Origin: Clostridia bacterium
GTDB taxonomy: Bacteria; Bacillota; Clostridia; UBA1212; UBA1255
DNA length: 64,000 bases
Direction of reading: 5' to 3'
Assembly: GCA_017508875.1 (NCBI GenBank)
Contig: JAFWQX010000066.1
Span: 1,584-65,583 of the forward strand
This document shows positions 36,122 through 44,922 of the stretch, in pieces; position 1 is the stretch's first letter; the number at the start of each line of letters is the position of its first letter. Under the pieces are notes generated by a model, which did not search any database, was not told the origin of the DNA, and saw only the letters and a list, made by a program, of their open reading frames with translations. The position numbers and the translations under genes were made by a program.

Positions 36122-36233
36122 CGGATCCACACTCCTGTACCGGTAAAAGTTTCAAAAACTGAAACTATACCCGCTGATCTTCGGAAAGTATATAATAAAA
36201 AAAGATAAAATGCAAACAAAAACTCTTTTTCCG

Positions 36234-36690
36234 CCGGGCGGCGGATAACTTTGGCACACAAAGTGGTAAAATCGGGTTTTGTGTGCCAGGCGGGCGCTGT
36301 CTCTTAGCCGGGCAGCAGCTAACTTTGGCACACAAAGTGGTAAAATCGGGTTTTGTGTGCCAGCAGGGCGCTGTCTCTCAGCCGGGCAGCAGCTAACTTT
36401 GGCACACAAAGTGGAAAAATCGAGATTTGTGTGCCAGCCCGGCTCTATCTTGAGAACATCAGAAGGCGAAAAATGAACAATTCGTGGCACACAAATCGCC
36501 GAAATTGAGGATCGTGTGCCACTCCTCCTAAATCTCCGGGAAAAAATGAGAAATTCGTGGCACACAAATCGCCGAAATCGAGGATCGTGTGCCACTCCTC
36601 CTAAATCTCCGGGGGAAAATGAGAAATTCGTGGCACACAAATCGACGAAATCGAGGATCGTGTGCCACTTCTCCTCAACCTCAGCAGGAA
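36234..36690. repeat. Array of six ~65-73-bp tandem units, each containing a long palindrome (type A x3: TGGCACACAAA-N15-TTTGTGTGCCA; type B x3: GTGGCACAC-N21-GTGTGCCAC)
   Basis: Palindromes at 36252-36288, 36326-36362, 36399-36436, 36485-36521, 36558-36594, 36630-36666; spacers between them nearly identical. Confidence 0.8.
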
Positions 36691-36761
36691 AATGAACAAT
36701 CCGTAGCGCGAGAAGATGTCAATACAATCATATGCAAATTAAGGCATAGATATACTCGCTG

Positions 36762-36813
36762 CTTGTTGCTCGTTCCTCGTTCCTCGTTCATCGTTACTCG
36801 TTGCTCGTCGTTC
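36762..36813. repeat. Heptamer microsatellite TTNCTCG x7 (CTCGTTCC-type) immediately upstream of promoter
   Basis: ttgctcg ttcctcg ttcctcg ttcatcg ttactcg ttgctcg tcgttcc. Confidence 0.6.
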
Positions 36814-36820
36814 CGCCGTA

Positions 36821-36849
36821 TTGATTTTTCCTCCTGAAATCTTTATAAT
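36821..36849 (+). promoter_or_regulatory. Promoter TTGATT -17- TATAAT for partner-switching operon
   Basis: TTGATT 36821-26, TATAAT 36844-49. Confidence 0.5.
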
Positions 36850-36893
36850 TGAAACGTAAACAACTGGCATTGAAGCAGAAAGGGGAACGCCTT

Positions 36894-37190
36894 ATGAACA
36901 TAACAAAAAACAGAGAAGAAAACAAATTGACCGTCGCCGTCGAAGGAAAGATCGACTCTGTTACCGCACCGGAATTCGAAGAATTTATCAGGGAAAATAT
37001 TGACGGCGTGACCGAACTGACGTTCGATCTCTCGTCGCTCGACTATATATCTTCCGCAGGACTGCGCGTGCTTCTGCTTACCCAGAAACGCATGAATGCA
37101 CAGGGTACGATGAAGGTTACAAACGTCAATGAAACAGTGAGTGAGATTTTTGAAGTTACCGGTTTTTCTGACATACTCACTATCGCTTAA
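36894..37190 (+). CDS. STAS-domain anti-sigma-factor antagonist (SpoIIAA/RsbV-like)
   Basis: 98 aa; DLSSLDYISSAGLRVLL with conserved phosphorylatable Ser context; RBS AAAGGGGA. Confidence 0.8.
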   Translation: MNITKNREENKLTVAVEGKIDSVTAPEFEEFIRENIDGVTELTFDLSSLDYISSAGLRVLLLTQKRMNAQGTMKVTNVNETVSEIFEVTGFSDILTIA

Positions 37191-37217
37191 GCGGATGCTT
37201 TTAATAAGGAGCGCACA

Positions 37218-39356
37218 ATGCCCGAAAAAAGTGTAAGAGAGATGAATAAATACGAGAGGCTGCGTTATTCGCTCGCTTCCCGTACGTTCCATACTGCGAT
37301 AGGCGGAGCTGCGATCCTGGGGATCGTTGCCCTGGTCATCGGCCTCGGATGGTACGCTTATTCATACTCGAGCCAGCTTATCAAAGGAGCGTTCGGCGTT
37401 TCGAAGAACGCCCAGATGATAATATCGAAAATCATCGATCCGACCGATCTGGGGCGCGACGTGATGGATCTGTACAGATTGGTTCCTGAAGAAACCCGCG
37501 GTGACGGGGATGACGCGGAATACCTTTCACTGTACGACTCGTTTAAAACGCGGGAGGATTACGTACAGATATTGTCGATCCTTAAAGATTTTCGCGATTC
37601 CAGCACTGTCAGCGACGTGTACTACGCTATGTACGACGAAGAAACGGGTATGCTGGTATATTTTGCGGATCCGGACGAAGACGAAGACACTGTATGCCCT
37701 ACGGGCTTTTTTGAGACCGCCACGAAGAAAGAACTCAATACGTTCCTTCGCTGGAACGGCAAAAAAACGCCTTATTATATAGAAAAGACCGAAAGATACG
37801 GCTGGATCTGCACGACCGGAATAAGTGTAAAGGATCAGGACGGAAGCATTGCCGGATTCATACTCGCGGACGTAACGCTAAAAGAAGTGGGAAGCGGAAT
37901 GCTCAGGTTCCTGCTCCAGTACGGAATATCGATGTTCGTACTCATAAATCTTGTCGCGATATTCATGACGCGCCACATGAAGAAAAAGCTGGTAAAGCCC
38001 ATAAACGAGATCGCTGAGGCTGCCGAAGCGTATCTGAAAGATAAGAAAGACGGCGCAAGGGTGACGGATCATTTCTCGAAACTCAATATAAATACGGGTG
38101 ACGAAGTTGAGAATCTTGCCCTTATTATGGCAGATATGGAAACCGACCTGGCGGATTACGAGGACGATCTTACCAGAGTTGCCGCGGAAAAAGAGCGCAT
38201 CAGCATCGAACTTTCGCTCGCGACAAGGATCCAGGCGGATATGCTGCCGAATATTTTCCCCGCATTTCCTGAAAGAAGCGAGTTTGACGTGTTTGCGTCA
38301 ATGAAACCCGCGAAAGAAGTTGGCGGCGATTTTTACGACTTCTTCCTTATTGACGAAGACCACCTCGGACTCGTAATGGCTGACGTATCGGGGAAAGGTG
38401 TCCCCGCGGCGCTGTTTATGATGGTATCGAAGATACTTGTCCAGAACATAGCGATGTCAGGTAAAAGCCCGGCGGAGGTCATTAAGACTATCAACGCTCA
38501 GATCTGCGCCAATAACCGCGAAGAAATGTTCGTGACGGTGTGGTTCGGAGTGCTGGACGTTCGCGACGGCACGCTTAGGGCGGTCAATGCGGGCCATGAA
38601 TATCCGATGCTTAAGAAGCCCGGCGGCGACTTCGAACTGGTAAAAGACACACACGGATTCGTTGTGGGCGGATTCGCATCTTCAAAATACAAAGAATATG
38701 AACTGAAGCTTGAACCCGGTGCGAAGCTGTTTTTGTATACCGACGGAGTTACGGAAGCGTCTAACGAAGATTCCGTGCTTTTCGGAACGGGGCGAACGCT
38801 CGAAGTGCTGAATAAAAATAAAAATGAGGAGCCGGAGAAGGTCGTTCAGAGTGTAAACAATGCGATCTCTGAGTTTTGCGGAAGCGCTCCGCAGTTCGAT
38901 GATATTACGCTTATGTGTCTCGAGTATTTCGGGAAAGGGAACACGGAAATGAAGGAAATTACTGTCGAAGCCAAAATTGAAAATATCCCTGAAGTCACTG
39001 ATTTTGTCAACGGCGAACTTGAGAAACTTGAGTGTTCACTTAAGGCGCAGATGCAGATAGACGTGGCGATAGACGAAATGTTCGGCAACATTGCCCGCTA
39101 CGCATACGGCGGGGGCGCGGGAAACGCGACAGTTCAGATTCGCGCAAAGAAAGAACCCAAAGCGGTGGAACTGACGTTTATTGACGGCGGCACCCCGTAC
39201 GATCCTCTGAAGAAAGACGATCCGGATATCTCTCTCGGAGCTGACGAGAGGGAAGTCGGAGGGCTCGGGATCTTCCTGGTCAAAAAAACGATGGATGATA
39301 TGAAATACGAATATAAAGACGGGCAGAACAGACTTACGGTAACCAAATTGCTGTGA
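37218..39356 (+). CDS. Membrane sensor - PP2C (SpoIIE/RsbU-type) phosphatase - HATPase_c (RsbW/SpoIIAB-type kinase) fusion protein
   Basis: Two TM segments flanking ~180-aa extracytoplasmic domain; PP2C motifs GGDFYDFF, DVSGKGVPAALFM, TDGVTEA; C-terminal GHKL region VELTFIDGG...GGLGIFLVKK. Confidence 0.8.
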   Translation: MPEKSVREMNKYERLRYSLASRTFHTAIGGAAILGIVALVIGLGWYAYSYSSQLIKGAFGVSKNAQMIISKIIDPTDLGRDVMDLYRLVPEETRGDGDDAEYLSLYDSFKTREDYVQILSILKDFRDSSTVSDVYYAMYDEETGMLVYFADPDEDEDTVCPTGFFETATKKELNTFLRWNGKKTPYYIEKTERYGWICTTGISVKDQDGSIAGFILADVTLKEVGSGMLRFLLQYGISMFVLINLVAIFMTRHMKKKLVKPINEIAEAAEAYLKDKKDGARVTDHFSKLNINTGDEVENLALIMADMETDLADYEDDLTRVAAEKERISIELSLATRIQADMLPNIFPAFPERSEFDVFASMKPAKEVGGDFYDFFLIDEDHLGLVMADVSGKGVPAALFMMVSKILVQNIAMSGKSPAEVIKTINAQICANNREEMFVTVWFGVLDVRDGTLRAVNAGHEYPMLKKPGGDFELVKDTHGFVVGGFASSKYKEYELKLEPGAKLFLYTDGVTEASNEDSVLFGTGRTLEVLNKNKNEEPEKVVQSVNNAISEFCGSAPQFDDITLMCLEYFGKGNTEMKEITVEAKIENIPEVTDFVNGELEKLECSLKAQMQIDVAIDEMFGNIARYAYGGGAGNATVQIRAKKEPKAVELTFIDGGTPYDPLKKDDPDISLGADEREVGGLGIFLVKKTMDDMKYEYKDGQNRLTVTKLL

Positions 39357-39397
39357 CCTGCACAAGCTGCACTTCAAATAAAAAGGAGACAGAAGAT

Positions 39398-40570
39398 ATG
39401 AAATATAAAGAAAACGGCAGTGAATTGACAATAAATTTTGAGGGGCACATTGATTCCGCAAACGCGAAGGAGATAGAAGACGAGATCAGCGCCATAAAGG
39501 CAAAGGCACACCCGGAAAAACTTGTCATTGACTGCGAGAATCTTCAGTATATATCAAGCGCCGGACTCAGGATAGTTCTGCGCCTGATGAAAGAGATCAA
39601 ACCTATTTCTATCGTCAACGTCTCTTCCGAGGTTTACGAGATATTCGATATGACCGGTTTTACGGAGATGGCGGAGGTGCACAAAGCGTACAGAAAAGTG
39701 TCCGTCGACGGCTGCGAAATTATCGGAAAAGGTGCGAACGGAACCGTGTACAGAATTGACCGCGACACGATCGTAAAGGTCTACGTGAACCCGGATTCGC
39801 TGCCGGAAATCCAGCGCGAACGCGAGCTTGCCCGAAAAGCATTCGTGCTCGGTATCCCGACCGCTATACCGTACGACGTTGTCCGCGTAGGCGAAGGCTA
39901 CGGTTCGGTTTTTGAACTGCTCAGCGCAAAAAGCCTCGCTGAGATCCTCTCCAAAGATCCCGGCCAGTTCGACAGCGTACTTAAATACAGCGTGGATCTG
40001 CTCAAAACGATCCATTCGAAAGAACTTCCGAAAGGCGAGATGCCTGACTGCAAAGCCACGGTGCTGGGATGGGTGGAATTTCTGAAAGACTACCTTCCGG
40101 AAGCGCAATATAAAAAACTCAAGGCGCTCGTGGAGGCTGTCCCCGAGGATAACCATATTATGCACGGCGATTATCATATGAAAAACGTCATGCTGCAGGA
40201 CGGAGAAGCGCTGCTGATAGATATGGACACGCTGTGCCTCGGCCACCCGGTGTTCGAATTCGGCTCGATTTTTAATTCGTATATCGGATATTCTGAACTC
40301 GATACGGAAAACGTCAGAAAATTCCTCGGCATTCCTTTTGAAACCGCGAAACAGATATGGGACAGGACGGTGCGTATGTATTTCGGAACCGACGACGAGG
40401 CATTCATTCAGGCGGTAAAGGACAAGGCGAAGGTCGTAGGTTATACGAGAGTTATGCGCCGCGCGATTCGCCGCGGGTCAATGGACGATCCCGCCACGCT
40501 TGCTGTCGTCAATAACTGCAGAAAGCATTTTGACGAACTGCTTGCGCGCCTTGACACACTTGAATTCTGA
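39398..40570 (+). CDS. STAS domain fused to aminoglycoside-phosphotransferase/choline-kinase-like (protein-kinase fold) domain
   Basis: N-terminal STAS (LQYISSAGLRIVLRL); kinase-like Gly loop GKGANGTVY, Lys in VKVY, catalytic HGDYHMKNVML, IDMDT metal-binding loop. Confidence 0.7.
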   Translation: MKYKENGSELTINFEGHIDSANAKEIEDEISAIKAKAHPEKLVIDCENLQYISSAGLRIVLRLMKEIKPISIVNVSSEVYEIFDMTGFTEMAEVHKAYRKVSVDGCEIIGKGANGTVYRIDRDTIVKVYVNPDSLPEIQRERELARKAFVLGIPTAIPYDVVRVGEGYGSVFELLSAKSLAEILSKDPGQFDSVLKYSVDLLKTIHSKELPKGEMPDCKATVLGWVEFLKDYLPEAQYKKLKALVEAVPEDNHIMHGDYHMKNVMLQDGEALLIDMDTLCLGHPVFEFGSIFNSYIGYSELDTENVRKFLGIPFETAKQIWDRTVRMYFGTDDEAFIQAVKDKAKVVGYTRVMRRAIRRGSMDDPATLAVVNNCRKHFDELLARLDTLEF

Positions 40571-40583
40571 GAGGGGCGCCGCC

Positions 40584-41774
40584 ATGAAGATATACGTGCG
40601 AAAAAAGAAGCCGAAGCTTTACGGCCTGCTGATATTCTCGATAGTGTTTGTGATCGCCGTCGCGGTCCTTTATGCGATCTCGCAAAGCACGAGCTTTAAT
40701 GCGCTGCCTTACATAACGGTATCGATGCCGCTGTATTTTGCCGCAGTGCTTGTTATACTTGTGATATCGCTCAAAAGGCAGATCGAGTACAATCCTTATT
40801 CGTACAATACGATCTATTATTTCGGCTTTTCGCTGTTCGTATTGTCCGTGCTCGTCACCCATATTGCCGCGGCGATCAGATATTTCATGAACACCGGGGA
40901 ATACGGATTCCGCGATACGGCCAGAATCATACTCTGGTCTGCGCGGCAATACATGATCGTAACGTTTCCGCTGCTCGCTGTTTTCTCGATAGGCCTTCTG
41001 GTCTCGAATATTGTCCTAATTAAGAAAGAGGGGAAGAGCCTCGCCAATACTCTGGGCATTCTGCTCGCCGTAGCACTGATGGCGGGAGAGGGAGTGCTTA
41101 TCTGGCTCGGAAGCATTGCGTCGGGTCCTTTCGGTATCGCGATCAATCTTTTATGCGCCATTTTTGTTTACGCGGAATGTATGCTGTTCGGGGCGATTTT
41201 CGCTGACATTCTGGTGGCAACGCACGTTCCGGCGTATGACAAGGATTATATTCTGATATTGGGCTGCAAGGTAGCGAAAAACGGCGAACCGATGCCGATA
41301 CTTCAAAAACGTATTGACCGCGCCATCGCTTTTTATGACGAGCAGGTGAGCAGGACGGGGAAAGCTCCCGTATTCATTCCGTCCGGCGGAAAAGGGGCCG
41401 ATGAGCCGTTGTCCGAAGCGGAATGCATGCGCAATTACCTGATCGCCAAAGGGTTTACCGATGAGCAGATAATAATGGAAGACGAATCGAAAAATACCAT
41501 ACAGAACATGCGTTTTTCCTTTAAAAAAGTTCCCGAAGAGGCGAAATGCGCCTTTTCAACTTCCGGATATCACGTTTTCAGAAGCGGCATAGCAGCTAAC
41601 AGGGCGCAGAAATTCAAGGCGGAAGGCGTAGGCGCTCCGTCCAGATGGTATTTCTGGCCGAACGCTTCGGTGAGAGAATTCATCGGACTGCTTACGGGCC
41701 ACAGGGGAAAGCAGCTGCTCGTGCTGTTCGGGCTGATCGCGGCGTACCTGCTGCTGAGCTTTCTGGCCGGATGA
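40584..41774 (+). CDS. Polytopic membrane protein with C-terminal DUF218 (YdcF/SanA/ElyC-like) domain
   Basis: 6 predicted TM helices then ILGCKV...PILQKRIDRAIAFY...FIPSGGKG...ECMRNYL (DUF218 pattern). Confidence 0.6.
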   Translation: MKIYVRKKKPKLYGLLIFSIVFVIAVAVLYAISQSTSFNALPYITVSMPLYFAAVLVILVISLKRQIEYNPYSYNTIYYFGFSLFVLSVLVTHIAAAIRYFMNTGEYGFRDTARIILWSARQYMIVTFPLLAVFSIGLLVSNIVLIKKEGKSLANTLGILLAVALMAGEGVLIWLGSIASGPFGIAINLLCAIFVYAECMLFGAIFADILVATHVPAYDKDYILILGCKVAKNGEPMPILQKRIDRAIAFYDEQVSRTGKAPVFIPSGGKGADEPLSEAECMRNYLIAKGFTDEQIIMEDESKNTIQNMRFSFKKVPEEAKCAFSTSGYHVFRSGIAANRAQKFKAEGVGAPSRWYFWPNASVREFIGLLTGHRGKQLLVLFGLIAAYLLLSFLAG

Positions 41775-41859
41775 TCTTTTTGCTCGCGTTTTGCTCGCGA
41801 TGAGTTGCCAATCCGGGCAGATCAGTATATAATATAAAAAAATACCCGGAGGTAACTGT

Positions 41860-43590
41860 ATGTTTTGTCCATTTTGCGGAAACGAAGTAAAAGACGGATC
41901 GGTCTTTTGTCAGAAATGTGGAAAACGGCTTGTAAATGAGGCTGCGAACAGCGTTCAGATAAAAAAGAAAGCGGAGACCTCTGCAGAGGCTGCAGCAGCA
42001 GAAAAAGAAGCAAAAACAGAAGCAAAAGCTGCCAAACCTGTTTCAAACACGCCCAAAAAGAAACTAAGCAAAAAAGCGTTGACCGGAATAATTGCCGGAG
42101 CAGCCGCACTGGTACTGGCGATAATCCTTATAGTAGTACTTGTGTCTGTTAACAGAAATAAAGGCGGAAAGTCTAATTTTGCAGTTCCTTCAGGGGCAAT
42201 AGAGTATTTTGAAAAAGACGGATATTTATATCTTGTCAACTCGAAAGGCGCGCTCACCAGAGTGGACCTTGACGGCGGCGAACTCAACAGGTACAACATC
42301 AAGTTCGATACGAACAACGAAAAGGCTGTGTTCGCCGTTGAACGCAAGTCTGATAACTGGCTTTCGAGCAGTTCATACGACGTATATTATTATGACGGAA
42401 AAAGTGCTGTTAAGATCGATGAGATCACAGATGAGTACTACTATGACGGTTTCCGGATCTCTGCCGGCGGAAATGTCGTCGTTTATGCAAAAGACGATAA
42501 TATTTACTCATATTCCGGAGGAAAGAGCGCTCTGATCGCTGAAGACGCCGAACTTTCTGCTTTGTCTCCGAACGGAAAAACGATCGGGTATTACAAGCGT
42601 ACTGAAGATAAAGTGCAGGGTTATTATTTCACCGGAGGAAAAGAACATTTCGTGATCAATTCCGGCTATCCCGTTTTTATAACGAATAACGCAGATCTCG
42701 TTTATATAGAGCGCGAAGGCAGTTCGGACTCCAGCACGTTCTATGCCCAGAAGAAGGACAAAGAAGATACGAGAGTAAAGCTGTGGAATGAAAGTGACGT
42801 AAGCAGCGGCGGCACAGTAAATTATGACGGCACCCAGCTGCTTATTTTAAAGGGAAACGGATCGTATTTCTGCAAGAACGGCAATGAACCTGTAAAAGTT
42901 TCGAATAAAAAGTTGACTCCGCTTATCCCGTATAGGGTATTTGGCAGAAGTTATAATTCGGGGGAACAGGTCATCAAAAATCTGGAAAATGCTATATATT
43001 TAGAGAGATCAGGCAGCGACTCGTATTCTTCCGGCGCTGATATTGTCGTATTGAGAGCCGGAAAAACAGAGAAAGTCGTATCCGGACTGGATTCAGATTC
43101 GATCATTGACGCTACTATCTCGCTTGACGGAAGGTCGTTCGGATACGAGGACGACGAAGGTCTGCATTATATCAGGCTCGCGAAGGACGCAAAGGAACAA
43201 TTGGTAATTGACGCTAATGATTATGAGACGTATTTCGTTGACCCTGATCTGACGGTAGCATTTTACTGGAATGAATTCGACGAATTGTATTTCCAGAAGC
43301 TTAACGGCAAGGCAGTGAAGGTATTTGACGCAAGCAGCAATAAAACGGCAAAGACCAGCTGCCTGTTCGGCAAAAAGTTGTATTTTGTACAAGACAATAC
43401 GTTGTACTGCTCGAACGGCGGGAAAGCCTTTGAAGTCCGAAAAGACGTTGCAAATGTATACGCCGGCCTAAAAGTGCTGCTTATTAGCGACGTAGAAGGG
43501 AACGTTTATTCTTCTACAGACGGTAAGAGCTTCACAAAGATAGCGGACACCGATTTCATTGCCGAAGAAAGCGGATCTATCTGGGATTGA
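41860..43590 (+). CDS. Zinc-ribbon (CxxC-x10-CxxC) single-pass membrane protein with large extracytoplasmic beta-rich domain
   Basis: MFCPFCGNEVKDGSVFCQKCG; Lys/Ala-rich linker; TM helix LTGIIAGAAALVLAIILIVVLV; ~470-aa Tyr/Gly/Asp-rich domain. Confidence 0.55.
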   Translation: MFCPFCGNEVKDGSVFCQKCGKRLVNEAANSVQIKKKAETSAEAAAAEKEAKTEAKAAKPVSNTPKKKLSKKALTGIIAGAAALVLAIILIVVLVSVNRNKGGKSNFAVPSGAIEYFEKDGYLYLVNSKGALTRVDLDGGELNRYNIKFDTNNEKAVFAVERKSDNWLSSSSYDVYYYDGKSAVKIDEITDEYYYDGFRISAGGNVVVYAKDDNIYSYSGGKSALIAEDAELSALSPNGKTIGYYKRTEDKVQGYYFTGGKEHFVINSGYPVFITNNADLVYIEREGSSDSSTFYAQKKDKEDTRVKLWNESDVSSGGTVNYDGTQLLILKGNGSYFCKNGNEPVKVSNKKLTPLIPYRVFGRSYNSGEQVIKNLENAIYLERSGSDSYSSGADIVVLRAGKTEKVVSGLDSDSIIDATISLDGRSFGYEDDEGLHYIRLAKDAKEQLVIDANDYETYFVDPDLTVAFYWNEFDELYFQKLNGKAVKVFDASSNKTAKTSCLFGKKLYFVQDNTLYCSNGGKAFEVRKDVANVYAGLKVLLISDVEGNVYSSTDGKSFTKIADTDFIAEESGSIWD

Positions 43591-43636
43591 CCGGCGCAGA
43601 TAATAATACGTCAATCGAATACATGGAAGGGTTAAT

Positions 43637-44710
43637 ATGAGCAAAAAAAGGATTATATGTACGATTATTATTGCCGCCGTACTCACTGCCGCTGCGTGCC
43701 TGACGGCCTGCAGTACTTCGGCGCCCGAGCCGCAGAAAACGGATAAACCCGCTGCGACCGCGACAGAAATTATTGGCAACGCGACGAAGGCGCCCGATTC
43801 CGAAGCGACTGAGTTGATCACGACTGCTCCGACTGACGAACCTGTAATAACCCCCACGGACGCTCCGACTCCGGCTCCTACCGAAGCACCGCTTCCCGAA
43901 CCCGGAACGATGGTCTATTACGAGGACTTTTCTTCATACGGAAACGTCAGCAAAAACGATGAAGTAGCTAAAACGCTCGGCTGGAAGCTCCTGACCGTAG
44001 AAGCTGACGGAGCACCGAGCGATCTTACAGCGACGCTTGCGATCAAAGACGGAAAGCTTGAAGTGACGAACTTTAACGCTGACGGGGACAGCGACGGAAA
44101 AGACGGATATCTTATGATGCTTGACGACGCGTATATGGACAAGGTGCTTCGCGCGGGTGAATATACCGTCGAGTATGACGTTACGTACAACGACGCGGCT
44201 AATTACAAGCGCTACGTCAACGTTGTTACTGAATATAACAGCGAAGGGTTTAATTCGTTCCATTTCAGAATAGGCGGTTACGGCAACAATCAGCTTTATT
44301 ATCAGGGAACGTGGTTCAAATACGAGGAAAACACCGAGAGAAACTTATATGCCGCAAGGAAGGGTAACAACGAGATCGGGCAGACTATCGCGTTTAAGCT
44401 TCGCGGAATAGAGGGGAAAATAGAGGATAACAACGCTATTCCCAACTTTAAAGGTGTTCCGGTCACGATACGCGTCGTACGGTCGAACGGGTATGCGTCG
44501 GTTTATATGAAGACCGCGGAAATGAATGATTTTATTCAGGTGAGTGAAACTACCGAAACTTCCGAAGCGTTTAATACGGGCAAGTTGCTGAAGGGCAAGG
44601 CGGTCTGTTTTAAGGTCGGCGGAAAGATCAATGCTTCGGTGGATCGCATTGCTATCTGGACGGGCAGCGGAGAAATGCCTGCGGATCATACGGTGACGTA
44701 TGTGCCTTAA
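43637..44710 (+). CDS. Lipoprotein with Pro/Thr/Ala-rich linker, uncharacterized domain
   Basis: Signal peptide + lipobox LTACS; TDEPVITPTDAPTPAPTEAPLPEP linker; RBS GGAAGGG. Confidence 0.6.
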   Translation: MSKKRIICTIIIAAVLTAAACLTACSTSAPEPQKTDKPAATATEIIGNATKAPDSEATELITTAPTDEPVITPTDAPTPAPTEAPLPEPGTMVYYEDFSSYGNVSKNDEVAKTLGWKLLTVEADGAPSDLTATLAIKDGKLEVTNFNADGDSDGKDGYLMMLDDAYMDKVLRAGEYTVEYDVTYNDAANYKRYVNVVTEYNSEGFNSFHFRIGGYGNNQLYYQGTWFKYEENTERNLYAARKGNNEIGQTIAFKLRGIEGKIEDNNAIPNFKGVPVTIRVVRSNGYASVYMKTAEMNDFIQVSETTETSEAFNTGKLLKGKAVCFKVGGKINASVDRIAIWTGSGEMPADHTVTYVP

Positions 44711-44897
44711 GAGTTAAGAGTTCAGAGGCGAACCGAGTGATGGCACGAATTTTGGGTCTCATGCGTTCCCTTCATTAATTCGCATTTCGGTCAAACAAAA
44801 TTCTTAGCCATTCACTCGGCTTCGCAGAAGTTTAAGTGGAGTTTAGTGAGTTCAGAGTTAAGAGTTAAGAGTTCAGAGTTCAGAGTTAATAGTTATC
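44708..44897. repeat. MITE-like intergenic repeat element (copy B) with flanking GAGTTMA heptamer microsatellites
   Basis: Core 44727-44830 ~95% identical to 10861-10965. Confidence 0.65.
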
Positions 44898-44922
44898 AGA
44901 TATGAGGCTGCATTCTGCAGAG

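Noticed and set aside
36252-36666. Sigma-54 promoters (TGGCAC at -24)
   Set aside because: Each TGGCAC is part of a perfect palindrome, and no TTGC(A/T) -12 element follows at the required 4-5 bp spacing.
36234-36690. Possible CRISPR array (regular ~37-bp palindromic repeats at a ~65-73 bp period)
   Set aside because: The inter-palindrome 'spacers' are nearly identical to one another within each subtype, there are no cas genes, and the repeats themselves fall into two distinct subtypes. It is a tandem duplication array, not a CRISPR locus.
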